The notes beneath the pieces were generated by a model. The model worked only from the letters and a program-made list of their open reading frames with translations. It did no database searches and was not told where the DNA came from. From the sequence record MK568540.2: 64,000 bases of DNA. One strand, 5' to 3'. The translations under genes were made by a program, and so were the position numbers. Shown piece after piece: positions 44,381 to 54,315 of this stretch; positions within the stretch are counted from its first letter, which is position 1; each line of letters starts with the position of its first letter.

Positions 44381-44426
44381 CACCTGACAGTCAGAGAATA
44401 AGACAACCAACATAGGAACCAATACT

Positions 44427-45002
44427 ATGAGCAAGATAGCACAAGTGTTATTAGCTATTATCGGTACTATTCTTATACCTCTGGCTATCACCTCAATGAG
44501 CGTGGCGACAAACTACGGCGGAATGCAGGAAGCATTACAAGTTGTACAAGAGCAAGGAAAAACCGCTGTAGCTCAAAACGCGATGATCATGCAAGAAATA
44601 ACTGACATCAAACTAACAAACGCGACACAAGCGCAACAGTTGATTAGCTTAGAAGGGTCACAAGCTCTTTTGGTTAAGAAACAAGATGAAGTGCTTGTGA
44701 ACTATGGTAGGCTTGAGAGCGAAGTAAGAGCATTGAGGAATACGTCCGAATTGGGCGACAAAAATCTAGTGAATTCAGTTAACAGTTTAAAAAACTCACA
44801 AACTGATATTTTATCTAAGATAGAAGGTACCCATTCACGTTATTCCAAGATTGAGACTGATTTAGCCAGAGTCGAGACATTAATAAACATTGATTCGTCT
44901 GACCGCTTTACTGGTAAAGACGGTGATATGCTTAACACTCGTATTGATAATCTTGAAACTAAAGTTGACGAGATTGATAAACGAACTAAGAAAGTACAGT
45001 GA
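44427..45002 (+). CDS. Membrane-anchored coiled-coil protein at the T4 holin (t) position
   Basis: N-terminal TM segment; lies between the fibre gene and asiA. Confidence 0.5.
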   Translation: MSKIAQVLLAIIGTILIPLAITSMSVATNYGGMQEALQVVQEQGKTAVAQNAMIMQEITDIKLTNATQAQQLISLEGSQALLVKKQDEVLVNYGRLESEVRALRNTSELGDKNLVNSVNSLKNSQTDILSKIEGTHSRYSKIETDLARVETLINIDSSDRFTGKDGDMLNTRIDNLETKVDEIDKRTKKVQ

Positions 45003-45035
45003 CCAAAAAAAGGAGAGCAAATGCTCTCCTTTTGT

Positions 45036-45332
45036 TTATTCGTCGTGAACGACCCAATCTTCAGCTAGTATGTCTGCTTGAGACGCTACCCAACCTGGTT
45101 GCCATTTCTGTTCAGCCGTAAACATTGCGATATACGGTTGACTATCTAATGGTGTATCTTCACCGATATGCTTCGCAGTGCGATCATTGACTTTTCGCAT
45201 TGTATCTTGAGTGTTAAACGGCGGTAAGTAAAGTGCTGGCATTAACACAATAAACATACCTTGACCATTCCAACCTTCGCGAGAAATCTTGCGACCTGCT
45301 TTTAAAGAAATTAGTGCATTTCCGAAATCCAT
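45036..45332 (-). CDS. Tad2-like (DUF2829) anti-Thoeris sponge protein
   Basis: MDFGNAL..LKAG.KI.REGWNGQGMF..PYI..W.ASQ.DILAEDW. Confidence 0.8.
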   Translation of the reverse strand: MDFGNALISLKAGRKISREGWNGQGMFIVLMPALYLPPFNTQDTMRKVNDRTAKHIGEDTPLDSQPYIAMFTAEQKWQPGWVASQADILAEDWVVHDE

Positions 45333-45341
45333 ATTTTTACC

Positions 45342-45641
45342 TTATACGTAGATACTTTCTAAAATTGATTCACCTTGAGGGATATTCCCCCATGAAAATG
45401 TTTCGCGAACTTCGCGTTTAGTACCGTGCGGTAATCGAGCAAACATCTGTCTGAATGACATCTGTGTGAATTCTTTACCAGTTGTAGTTCTAAACCCAGC
45501 TTCGTTACACATTTCTACAAAGAGTTTTTGATTTGTGACGCACTCATCAAATCCCATCTTAACTAACAGTGATGCATATGCTGCAATGTCAAGAGCTAGT
45601 TGTGTTGTGCTTTTGTAAGTTGTTGTTGATACTTCATTCAT
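45342..45641 (-). CDS. asiA: Anti-sigma70 factor AsiA
   Basis: ASLLVKM..NE.GF..G..SFRQ aligns with T4 AsiA; synteny. Confidence 0.75.
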   Translation of the reverse strand: MNEVSTTTYKSTTQLALDIAAYASLLVKMGFDECVTNQKLFVEMCNEAGFRTTTGKEFTQMSFRQMFARLPHGTKREVRETFSWGNIPQGESILESIYV

Positions 45642-45646
45642 AATAA

Positions 45647-46378
45647 TTAAAACTCTTCTTCGTCTAGCGACATTAATACTTTGTCTAAATCAGATACATC
45701 TGGAATGACACATTTTTTATGAACTTCTTCGAGTTCATTTTCGTCATTCCAATCGTCTTCATCATTATAGTCTAAACACTCAATAACGTCAACCGTTTTC
45801 TTCCCGATCTGAGCAGGACAGTTGATGTTTTGAGTTTTGTCATAGGCATCTACTACATACCGTAACTTACCGATTGCAAATGCGTACAGCTTGGGTTTTT
45901 GATTCTCGTCGAGAACTAGCATTGCACATGCTCTATCGGCTGAACGTCGAACATTAGAAAGACGCAAACCGCACGTGTAAAACGTCGGTAATTTATCACG
46001 TGTATCTCCGTTCGGGTACTTTACTTTGATTTTGTTCTGTCGCAATATTGATTTAAACCAATCTTCTTGCTGTTGATAATAATGATGATGCTCGTATCTT
46101 GCTGATTTGATACGTTTCATGCCGTTATTGGCTCTGTTTGATTCAGTGAAATTAGCATATAGATTCATCGAGTTTAAAAAGATGAGTGATTCAGCGTCCA
46201 TTAATGTTATCTCTGCGCGAAACCCGTCTAATTTCGACCCTTTGATTCTATTGTCGTACAATGTGTTTGTTACACAGCGTACGTGATAGTGATCAAGTTT
46301 GCTAGTGTCGATCACTTCGAACTCATACCCCGCATTCCTAACGTTCTTCGTAGGAATGATGATTTCTGTTCTTTCCAT
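45647..46378 (-). CDS. Hypothetical protein
   Basis: Likely start MERTEIII at 46378. Confidence 0.65.
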   Translation of the reverse strand: MERTEIIIPTKNVRNAGYEFEVIDTSKLDHYHVRCVTNTLYDNRIKGSKLDGFRAEITLMDAESLIFLNSMNLYANFTESNRANNGMKRIKSARYEHHHYYQQQEDWFKSILRQNKIKVKYPNGDTRDKLPTFYTCGLRLSNVRRSADRACAMLVLDENQKPKLYAFAIGKLRYVVDAYDKTQNINCPAQIGKKTVDVIECLDYNDEDDWNDENELEEVHKKCVIPDVSDLDKVLMSLDEEEF

Positions 46379-46544
46379 TAATCGCCCCGATGTGCTGAAA
46401 CGCACTCTTGTTGAGATAATTTGTAGATAGTGTGTGGAAAATTTTCGTAACTGACATGTCACGAAATTCGGGCAACTGTTGTAACTGCTCTGCGATTTGA
46501 ATTGAACATCGAACTTTCAATTGTTGATTTTCTTTCATCGTCAC
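46338..46544 (-). CDS. Small hypothetical protein
   Basis: SD GGAGG upstream of ATG ~46538. Confidence 0.5.
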   Translation of the reverse strand: MTMKENQQLKVRCSIQIAEQLQQLPEFRDMSVTKIFHTLSTNYLNKSAFQHIGAINGKNRNHHSYEER

Positions 46545-46611
46545 CTCCGTCTAACTATTTTATGTCAAAACCTCTGAGTTCTAAACAAAAAAAGCGCCCG
46601 AAGGCGCTTTG

Positions 46612-46920
46612 TTAATTGAGTTTCGATGTAATCTGAACTCTATGTCGGTCTTTCTTCATATCATAGTCAGGCGAGTTGCGGTCATGAATGATAGAACCCA
46701 AAGCAGTTGTGTAATGCTTTGAGGTCTTAGTGACTAATGAATACACGCCACCAGGTACTGTTGCGTCATCATAGATCTTGATGTTCACAATCTCACCTTC
46801 TTCGAGCTGAAGACTTTCGGTTATTTCTTTAGTCTCAAGTTCATACCATTGCTTGACTAGAATGTTGAAGTTACCGACATCGATTATTTTAACCGTTTGG
46901 TTGTCGATAAGTTTTGCCAT
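46612..46920 (-). CDS. Hypothetical protein
   Basis: Coupled to phoH. Confidence 0.65.
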   Translation of the reverse strand: MAKLIDNQTVKIIDVGNFNILVKQWYELETKEITESLQLEEGEIVNIKIYDDATVPGGVYSLVTKTSKHYTTALGSIIHDRNSPDYDMKKDRHRVQITSKLN

Positions 46921-47624
46921 TACTGAGCCTTGTCGATAATATCTAGTGCCATTTTACAAGCGCCAGAACGTACTACGTCTTTATTAGTAAATTCGATGAT
47001 TTCAATGCCTGAACGTTGTTGGTTACGAATTTCATTAACCATCCACGCTAGACCACTGAGTTCTTTCTGACCGGTGCGATAAATCATCTTGTGATCGTCT
47101 TGTTTCAAGTCGCCACAGAAAATCATTTTCGTATTCTCACCGATACGAGTCATAATAGTCTGAATTTCAGTCTTTGTTAAGTTCTGAGCTTCATCAACGA
47201 TGATAAAACAATTGTCAAATGTCTTACCGCGCACGAATTGAATCGGCTCTGCGTGAATGCGTTTACCCCAATCACACTTGAACTTATCATCACCTAGGCG
47301 GTCTTTCAAAGGCTGTGTTACTGTTTGAATCCATGGTTCCATTTTCTCTTCGAGCGTACCCGGGAGGTAACCAAGTTCTTCACCGCATGAGAGTGTCGGT
47401 TTCAAGATAACGAATTGAGCGTATTCGAATGCTGAATACATGTCTGCGCCTAATGTAGTAGCAAGCCATGTCTTACCGGTACCCGCAGACCCAATCGCAA
47501 ATACAAACGCACCCGAACCGTCTTCACCGACTTCTTCCCAAATCGCATCTGCATATTGCTCTTGATTGAAAGATTTCAGTGTAACACGTTCTTGAATGCG
47601 CTCTTCTTTTTTCTTTTTGCCCAT
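46920..47624 (-). CDS. phoH: PhoH-family ATPase
   Basis: GSAGTGKT, LGYLPG, RGKTF, IVDEAQN, RIGENTK, GD..Q. Confidence 0.95.
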   Translation of the reverse strand: MGKKKKEERIQERVTLKSFNQEQYADAIWEEVGEDGSGAFVFAIGSAGTGKTWLATTLGADMYSAFEYAQFVILKPTLSCGEELGYLPGTLEEKMEPWIQTVTQPLKDRLGDDKFKCDWGKRIHAEPIQFVRGKTFDNCFIIVDEAQNLTKTEIQTIMTRIGENTKMIFCGDLKQDDHKMIYRTGQKELSGLAWMVNEIRNQQRSGIEIIEFTNKDVVRSGACKMALDIIDKAQ

Positions 47625-47686
47625 GTAGTAGACCTTTTGTTGTGTGTTGACAATTTTATAGTAACTTCAATAACCTAGATGTTAAA

Positions 47687-48172
47687 CTAAAGTTGACGGC
47701 GAATGACTTCGCTGTGACTAATCACACCTTCTTTCGGTGACCAACAATATACATCTGTGCCGTTTCGAACGTCGATGTGAACCCACGTCATCGCATTACC
47801 ACTCTTCAACGGCCCACATTCAATGAATTTCACGTATGGGAATTCATCTGGGTTCTCTAAGATGTATTTACGCACTTCATGAGCAGCAATATCTCTGAAT
47901 TTACAATCAGCCGCACGACCGTATTTGTGCTGAGAACGACTAGCAAGATATTTTTGAGCAGAACCATAGAAGTTCTCGTCTCTCATACCGCTGTCATCAA
48001 ACGAACCGCCCCAACTCCAATCGTTTATGGTGCAGGGACCGAATCGTTCTCTGAGAGCGTCTAGCGTGCGTAATAGACGGTCATCAAAAAGTGTCCAACA
48101 TTTTTCACCCCAATTTCTATACATTTGAGGTGTCACGAGTTCTTGAATTTTAAAGTGTTTACATTTATACAT
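47687..48172 (-). CDS. Peptidase M15-type endolysin
   Basis: HF...E, SQHKYGRAAD, WVHID. Confidence 0.85.
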   Translation of the reverse strand: MYKCKHFKIQELVTPQMYRNWGEKCWTLFDDRLLRTLDALRERFGPCTINDWSWGGSFDDSGMRDENFYGSAQKYLASRSQHKYGRAADCKFRDIAAHEVRKYILENPDEFPYVKFIECGPLKSGNAMTWVHIDVRNGTDVYCWSPKEGVISHSEVIRRQL

Positions 48173-48213
48173 GATTCAGTCCTAAAAAAGGGAGCGTTAT
48201 TGCTCCCTAGTAT

Positions 48214-49323
48214 TTAGTAGTCGTCATCGTCGTCTTCGAATTCATCTGCGAGGTCATCCCACAGTTCTTCAAAGTGAGCAATGAATTTCTCTGGCTTGTA
48301 CTGGTCCCAGTAATCGAACGAACGATGGTTTACCGTTTCAGTGCGCATTTCTGCCATATCAAATTCGCCGTCCATTTCCCAATACATTTCTGGCATTGAT
48401 TCTTCAATTACGTCACCGTCAGCGTAGATGAAATTGAAATGACTTGCAGGAATTCGACCTTTGTACCCGAATACACCTATGCGAGTACTCAACCCACCCA
48501 GACGTTTGCCGAATCGACTTTCAATATCATCTTTGTGATACTTCGTCCCGTCTCCGCGTTGATGTGGTAATTGATAGAATATGTCAGCATAACCGAGTTC
48601 GCTTGCTTCTTCTGAATTTGCACCTAGTACATCAATTACAACGTCATAATCAGACACAAGCTTGCTTTCGTCTGGTATACGAATCTCGATTATCACAGGG
48701 AACGAGTTGTTTCGGTTCGCTGAGTGTGTCGCATGAAACATTGCTTTATCAAGTTCAGTCGTAATGAATACTTTATCAGCATGTTCAATATTATCAAATT
48801 GAGTTTCGCCTGGGTTCGGCTTCAGACCAAACTTCAACATTGATTCGATGTATGCTGTCGATGTGCCATGATAAAACGTCTTTTGTGACAGTTTCTTGTT
48901 GAATTCATATCGATCTGTTTCGAAATCGTGCTCAACTTCATCGTAATCAGGGTTAAATGATTGCGTGCGACGAGTTACACCGTTTAGATTAAGTGCTTTG
49001 ATCGTCTTACGAAGCGTGTCAGACGTTACAGACGGTCGGTAAGCAGAATCCCCGAACATATCTAGTCTGCCGTTCTCAATCGTCGCGTATACCGCTTGTG
49101 CGCCTTCTCTATACCAATCGTCTAGATCGTATTCTTCCTCGAAGTCAGTTCCCAACTCGCGATTGATGAATGGCACTAGACGTTCAAACTCTCTATCGTT
49201 ATTCCATACCCAAATATTCTTACCGTTAGCAAGTACTTTTGAGCCGTTTCGTGGTCGCCCGCCGCGAATAAAAACCTCAGTGACTAACTGAAGTTCTTCC
49301 ATAAAAGATTTTAGATTTTTCAT
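48214..49323 (-). CDS. ADP-ribosyltransferase-fold protein with CTS-like N-terminus
   Basis: FYHGTS..I...GL.P and VFITT..A..A motif; start MKNLKSFMEELQLVTE; CATAAATA late promoter at 49344-49351. Confidence 0.65.
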   Translation of the reverse strand: MKNLKSFMEELQLVTEVFIRGGRPRNGSKVLANGKNIWVWNNDREFERLVPFINRELGTDFEEEYDLDDWYREGAQAVYATIENGRLDMFGDSAYRPSVTSDTLRKTIKALNLNGVTRRTQSFNPDYDEVEHDFETDRYEFNKKLSQKTFYHGTSTAYIESMLKFGLKPNPGETQFDNIEHADKVFITTELDKAMFHATHSANRNNSFPVIIEIRIPDESKLVSDYDVVIDVLGANSEEASELGYADIFYQLPHQRGDGTKYHKDDIESRFGKRLGGLSTRIGVFGYKGRIPASHFNFIYADGDVIEESMPEMYWEMDGEFDMAEMRTETVNHRSFDYWDQYKPEKFIAHFEELWDDLADEFEDDDDDY

Positions 49324-49400
49324 ACAATACCTCATTTTACTTGTATTTATGTCAGACACAAAAAAGCCCCAATTAAGGGGCTTTATGAAACTGTCATCGT

Positions 49401-49673
49401 TTACGAGGTGAATTCTTCAACTCGCTTCGCAACTCGTTCGGCGCGTTCTTTAGACTGTGCATGTACGTTGTTCTGTGCTGCAAGCTCTTGTGCGCGGCGC
49501 TCAACTTCTTCACGGGCACGACGCTCTTCCGCTTCGTTTGCTTCAATCTGTTCTTGATCGAACTGAGCACGTGCGCGAAGCTCATTTGCTTTTTGATTCA
49601 TGTCGTCAAGAATGTCTTCAGTTGGACGTGGAGTATTTGTAAAGATTGCTACTAGTTTTTGAAAGAATGTCAT
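49401..49673 (-). CDS. Coiled-coil hypothetical protein
   Basis: Likely start MTFFQKL. Confidence 0.65.
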   Translation of the reverse strand: MTFFQKLVAIFTNTPRPTEDILDDMNQKANELRARAQFDQEQIEANEAEERRAREEVERRAQELAAQNNVHAQSKERAERVAKRVEEFTS

Positions 49674-49680
49674 GTTTTTC

Positions 49681-49950
49681 TCACTTCTGTTGTAGGCGTT
49701 TATAGCCTTTGATAATGTATTCACGATATTTGTATTCGAGCGTGTTTGACCACAAGTCGATACCGTTATTTTGAATCTGTTCAGTCACAACAACGACGCG
49801 ATTTGGGTCGCATTGTAGACCATCATTTAACAGCACTTTGTACTGCGTAAAACCCGTGACTATGCATGGCTCGACGCACAATCGTTCTTTTGAAAGACGA
49901 AACACAATATCTTTCATTTCAATAACGTTGCCGAGCACATCTTTATGCAT
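49681..49950 (-). CDS. Hypothetical protein
   Basis: Likely start overlapping the upstream stop. Confidence 0.5.
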   Translation of the reverse strand: MHKDVLGNVIEMKDIVFRLSKERLCVEPCIVTGFTQYKVLLNDGLQCDPNRVVVVTEQIQNNGIDLWSNTLEYKYREYIIKGYKRLQQK

Positions 49951-50242
49951 CTTTAAAGTCATCCCAAGTTGGTCGAGGTAGTTGCTCAGTACCGAAATTC
50001 GGTCCACTGAACATGTACTTACACCACGCATCAAAGATTTCATTACGACGTTCATTGCAAATTCTAGATTTCAATATTCGCAAATTCTTTCGTCCCTGTT
50101 CCCACTTCGAGTGAGAATCACTGAATTCATGATACCAATCGAACCCTTCACAATCATGAAAGAATTGATGATCGTCGGACTCGGGTATGAACTTGGGCTT
50201 TTGGGGTGGCATGGGTATACCAGCTAAAACATTATTCATCAT
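49943..50242 (-). CDS. Hypothetical protein
   Basis: 99 aa ORF. Confidence 0.6.
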   Translation of the reverse strand: MMNNVLAGIPMPPQKPKFIPESDDHQFFHDCEGFDWYHEFSDSHSKWEQGRKNLRILKSRICNERRNEIFDAWCKYMFSGPNFGTEQLPRPTWDDFKDA

Positions 50243-50387
50243 AGGCTTTCCCTTTATGTTTCATCTTGCGCTTAGTCAAACGTTTCGATTTTTTCTTTCG
50301 ATCTTCTTCAACAGAAGCGTGATTGAAAGTGTTCATGTGCTTCGCAACAAAGTTTTGAGGTTTGTTGTTCTCTTTATTTTTAGACAT
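50232..50387 (-). CDS. Small basic protein (51 aa; not in the ORF track)
   Basis: MSKNKENNKPQNFVAKHMNTFNHASVEEDRKKKSKR; the N.VAK..FN pattern is common in T4-like phages; SD GGAG. Confidence 0.6.
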   Translation of the reverse strand: MSKNKENNKPQNFVAKHMNTFNHASVEEDRKKKSKRLTKRKMKHKGKAYDE

Positions 50388-50452
50388 TAGATTCTCCATT
50401 TTATATGTCGATTCGCAATTAATTATACACGAATCGACATTTTTATCAACTA

Positions 50453-50707
50453 CTATTTAGCTGTTTTCGTCTTTTTGTAGTTCTTATACAGTGCGGTACC
50501 ACTGATGTAAATCCAGAATAGCTCAATCATGAAGCTACCTAGGTTGAAGTTGATTAGTAAACTAATCGTAAGTAGTATAGCACCCGACATATTAGTCCAC
50601 AAGTACTTATTATCAGTAGGCTTATATTTCTCACTCGTCACCATCCAGAATGCCAGACAGATTAGAATCATACCGATAGTACCAACTACGTGACCAAAAA
50701 GAATCAT
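50453..50707 (-). CDS. Small three-TM membrane protein
   Basis: Hydrophobic; VGTIG..L.A..Y..N..GA..L..S..F pattern. Confidence 0.7.
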   Translation of the reverse strand: MILFGHVVGTIGMILICLAFWMVTSEKYKPTDNKYLWTNMSGAILLTISLLINFNLGSFMIELFWIYISGTALYKNYKKTKTAK

Positions 50708-50742
50708 ATTATTTTCTCACTTTAAAGGGAATGAAAGGGCAC

Positions 50743-51627
50743 TTATGTGCCCACCGCGTTACCCCAAATCCATACGTGTACACGAACAGAAACGTTGTAA
50801 CCACGCTCCAATGCTTTCCCTGCAATTGAAGCCATATAACCATCTTGCTCTTGCTCTTCTTGAGTAGCACCACATGGCATGATATACACTGGAACATTGT
50901 GTAAGTTGTTTTCTACTTTATACAACGCAATTGTTGTATCAAGCTCGTCCCAACACGCTTCCTTGTCTACGACAACTGGTTTCAACCAAACGTCTGCGAT
51001 GCGTGCATATTTGTTAACAACTTTAGGCTTAATTGCTTTCTCTGCAACTTCACCTGTTACGTTGAATAACTTAAACGATACACTGAAGCTCAACTGTGGT
51101 TTCTCAGAACGAGCTTTCCATTGAATCAATGCCCAACGTTCTGAAAATTCGGGCTTGAGATCTCGCGTACCGTTTGTTTCAATCGTGATATGTTTTGGGT
51201 AATTGTCGATTTCGATGAAGTAATTCATCATTTCGATGATCTGTGATTGGTTCATCATAGGCTCACCGCCCGTAATTACCCAATGAATTTCTCCCCATTC
51301 TCGATTAGGCAGTTTGTCAAGCATTGCTTCGCAAACGTCTGGTACTTCAGACTTAGAAGCAAGATGAGCATACTTTTTAGCCCACGTGTATGAAGAGTCA
51401 CAACCACGAGTCCATACAGGTAGATCTTCAACTGAAGTCACGTTGTTTGCTTTCGGGTCGTAATCTTTGAAATCTAAAACCCATGTGTCTTTGTTCGTCG
51501 GGTCTTCTTGACCGAAGCCGTGACATTCTAAATTACAACCCCAGAAGCGAAAGAATAAACTAGCTTGACCAGTGTATTTGCCTTCACCTTGAACGCTGTA
51601 AAACATTTCTGTCCATCGTACCTGCAT
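50743..51627 (-). CDS. queE: QueE-like radical SAM (7-carboxy-7-deazaguanine synthase)
   Basis: EMFYSVQGEG..G..F.RF.GCNL.C, CDS, VITGGEP, ETNG, RVH..IWG. Confidence 0.85.
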   Translation of the reverse strand: MQVRWTEMFYSVQGEGKYTGQASLFFRFWGCNLECHGFGQEDPTNKDTWVLDFKDYDPKANNVTSVEDLPVWTRGCDSSYTWAKKYAHLASKSEVPDVCEAMLDKLPNREWGEIHWVITGGEPMMNQSQIIEMMNYFIEIDNYPKHITIETNGTRDLKPEFSERWALIQWKARSEKPQLSFSVSFKLFNVTGEVAEKAIKPKVVNKYARIADVWLKPVVVDKEACWDELDTTIALYKVENNLHNVPVYIMPCGATQEEQEQDGYMASIAGKALERGYNVSVRVHVWIWGNAVGT

Positions 51628-51635
51628 ATATTACC

Positions 51636-51878
51636 TTACTCTGTTGGGTTCCAGACGTACAAAGGCGTTTTCTTATTGCCTTTGAATTCATTGTAACCGT
51701 GAGGGATTTCACCAACACGTTTCGCTTGTCTGGCTTGTGATTTTGATTTGTATAGACCAAGATGACAAACTAAGTCAGTAAGTGTGAAAGTGCTAGGCAC
51801 TCTCACAACTTCTTCGTCCGCAAATAATGTCGCTTGGTCGTTCGGCTGAATGTTGCCGTTTTCGACTATAATGTTCAT
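51636..51878 (-). CDS. Stand-alone S4-like RNA-binding domain protein
   Basis: LTDLVCHLGLYKSKSQARQA resembles the TyrRS C-terminal S4 motif. Confidence 0.5.
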   Translation of the reverse strand: MNIIVENGNIQPNDQATLFADEEVVRVPSTFTLTDLVCHLGLYKSKSQARQAKRVGEIPHGYNEFKGNKKTPLYVWNPTE

Positions 51879-53164
51879 TATATTGCCTTTAAGTCTTTGA
51901 TAAACTCTTTATGTGGAGTTGTTTTCTTCCAATATAAGAGTTCTTTTTGTGCTGCTGCTGCATCTTTTTCAAGACGTGCAATCTCGTCGTCGGTCATTTT
52001 ATCAACCGACATATTTAGAAGATCGTTGACATGATCTTTAAATGCGTCTTCTGCTTTAAGCTCTGCTGCTACTTCAGCACGCTTCTTACCGAATAGAACA
52101 ATTTTACCAGACACAACACGCTTGATGAACTCAACTTTAGCAATCGCTAGTGATGAACGCTTCTCTGTGCGCTCTGAAGAGTCTTTAATTCGTTTAGGTA
52201 AGAATGATAGACGAAAGTCAACGAACCACTTCACAAGTTCTCGTGCGTCGTCAAAATGACGAATCTGATAATTCTCGTCGATGACGTTGATGTTCTGTGT
52301 AAATGTGCTTTGCAGTTTTAGAGTTTTGATTACGAAGTCTTCGGTCATTTTTGCACCGCGCTTGAATCGAACACGAAACTGAAATGTTTCACCTGTTTCA
52401 TCAACGTAGCTACTGATTTTACCTTGTTCTACGAGCTTGTCAAGTTCTTTGATATATTTCGTGTGGTCGAAACCAGTCGGGATTTCAGTAACAACTACCG
52501 TCAAACCGCTAACTTCAAAGTTGCCGATCTGAGCGTATTTGTTGTGTTCGAGTTTAACGATCTTGCCGTGAAATTCAGGGAACTTCAGAACGGGTTCGCT
52601 AATCTCTTTACCCGAAAGATATTCAACAACTGCTTTCTTAACCCATTCTGGGTCATGCGGTAGAATGTTACACGCAAAACCAGTTGCAATACCCTCAATA
52701 CCATTTAGTAGAACCATCGGGACAACAGGCACATAGAACTGAGGTGGTACATGCTCAACGTCTTTATGTTCAGGTGATAGATGAATATCTTTGAAATATT
52801 TGTCAAAGTTTTCATGTAGCTTTGCATAAACGTAACGAGCAGACGCAGACACTTTAACCATGCGAGAACCAAAGTTACCGCGACCTTGAACAATCGGTAC
52901 GTTGTTTGTCCACTCTGCTGCCATACGCGCTAGAGCGTCTTGTGCTGCTGTCTCGCCGTGATTGTAACCAATCTTTGACACTGAGCTTCCCAACGCTGCG
53001 ACCTTGTCAAAAGACGTACTAGCGTCTTTGATGACGTTATACAATACAAAACGATGCACTGGCTTGAGACCATCAATCCCATTAGCCAGTGCTCGATTCT
53101 CGATTGTATACATTGCGTATTCTAACGCTTCATCATTTGTAATACTTGATAATGTACGTTGCAT
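51878..53164 (-). CDS. 52: DNA topoisomerase II subunit gp52
   Basis: IDGLKPVHR, YNHGE, GNFGSR, SARYV. Confidence 0.95.
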   Translation of the reverse strand: MQRTLSSITNDEALEYAMYTIENRALANGIDGLKPVHRFVLYNVIKDASTSFDKVAALGSSVSKIGYNHGETAAQDALARMAAEWTNNVPIVQGRGNFGSRMVKVSASARYVYAKLHENFDKYFKDIHLSPEHKDVEHVPPQFYVPVVPMVLLNGIEGIATGFACNILPHDPEWVKKAVVEYLSGKEISEPVLKFPEFHGKIVKLEHNKYAQIGNFEVSGLTVVVTEIPTGFDHTKYIKELDKLVEQGKISSYVDETGETFQFRVRFKRGAKMTEDFVIKTLKLQSTFTQNINVIDENYQIRHFDDARELVKWFVDFRLSFLPKRIKDSSERTEKRSSLAIAKVEFIKRVVSGKIVLFGKKRAEVAAELKAEDAFKDHVNDLLNMSVDKMTDDEIARLEKDAAAAQKELLYWKKTTPHKEFIKDLKAI

Positions 53165-53209
53165 TTTTCCCTCGTATGAAAAACGGGGCTTTACAGCCCC
53201 TCAAAGAGT

Positions 53210-54214
53210 TTATTTACGCTTCTTAGATAGCATAGTCATCTTAGCAAGCATTTCCCATTTAGTCGGTGATGTTAGCATCATATCAGCAATGTGTAAACAT
53301 GTACGAAGCGATAGAGCACGTAGTTCAAGCATGTGTTTCTCAATCCAAGCTATCATGTCAGCGATTTGTGCTGCGTTTAGACCTAGATCTTCTAGCATTG
53401 TAGTTGCTGCTACAACTTGCTTGATGCGAACCATGATTTCTTCTTTTGTATGTACACCTAAGTCAAGGTAGATGCTACGTGAAATCAGTGCGCTGAAGTG
53501 CGGTGAAAGTTTAGTATTCGCTTCAAGTTCACGGTCAAAGTCTTTGTTTGAGATAAAGATTACTGTACCTTCAAACAAGAATTCTTGATCGATGCCTTGC
53601 TCTTCTAAGTAAGAACTTGCTTTCGCCCATGAAACCCAACGCTCTTCACCAGTGTCTAGTGCTGCTTTTAGAACGTTCATTTGATCTTCATCTTTGAAAA
53701 CGTCTACGTCATCTAGAAGAAGAACTGAATCAGGGTGACGGCATTCCCATAGTTTTGTGAACAGACCGATACCAGAACATGTACCTGCAACTTTCTTGAA
53801 TGTGATATCACCGCGTTCTTGAGCTTGATTTAACTCGCGTTCAAGCGTGAACGTCTTACCCACACCCGCTGCACCTGAGATAAGTAGCGATTTAACGTGA
53901 CCAGCGATTGCACCGACAGTAAAGATGTCCATCGCTTCGAACGCTTCAGTGATACGCTCTGCAATTTGTTCTTCAGTTTCAGCTTCAACGACTGGTGCAA
54001 GTGCAGGTACTGCTGTTTGTGATGCGTCAGCTTCGTCTACGTACTGTACGTCTTCTTTGTTTACGCGAATAGTACGTACTGCACCATCAAGCATAATCTT
54101 CATACGACCGTTTTTCTCACCGGCATCTGAACTATTCCAAACTCGTTCGATAAGAGTGTAAGTGCCGTTGATTTCAGTTTTACGAAAAAGACCGTTTGTG
54201 ATGATAGCTTGCAT
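53210..54214 (-). CDS. AAA-type ATPase
   Basis: GAAGVGKT Walker A; LLLDDVD Walker B. Confidence 0.8.
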   Translation of the reverse strand: MQAIITNGLFRKTEINGTYTLIERVWNSSDAGEKNGRMKIMLDGAVRTIRVNKEDVQYVDEADASQTAVPALAPVVEAETEEQIAERITEAFEAMDIFTVGAIAGHVKSLLISGAAGVGKTFTLERELNQAQERGDITFKKVAGTCSGIGLFTKLWECRHPDSVLLLDDVDVFKDEDQMNVLKAALDTGEERWVSWAKASSYLEEQGIDQEFLFEGTVIFISNKDFDRELEANTKLSPHFSALISRSIYLDLGVHTKEEIMVRIKQVVAATTMLEDLGLNAAQIADMIAWIEKHMLELRALSLRTCLHIADMMLTSPTKWEMLAKMTMLSKKRK

Positions 54215-54315
54215 ATAATGTTCTCTCTTTTAGTTAGTTGCGTTGTTCTCTTCAACACCGTCTATATTAATGATTTTTGAGACCAACGCAACCACTTTTT
54301 GCATTTTTTTAAAAT

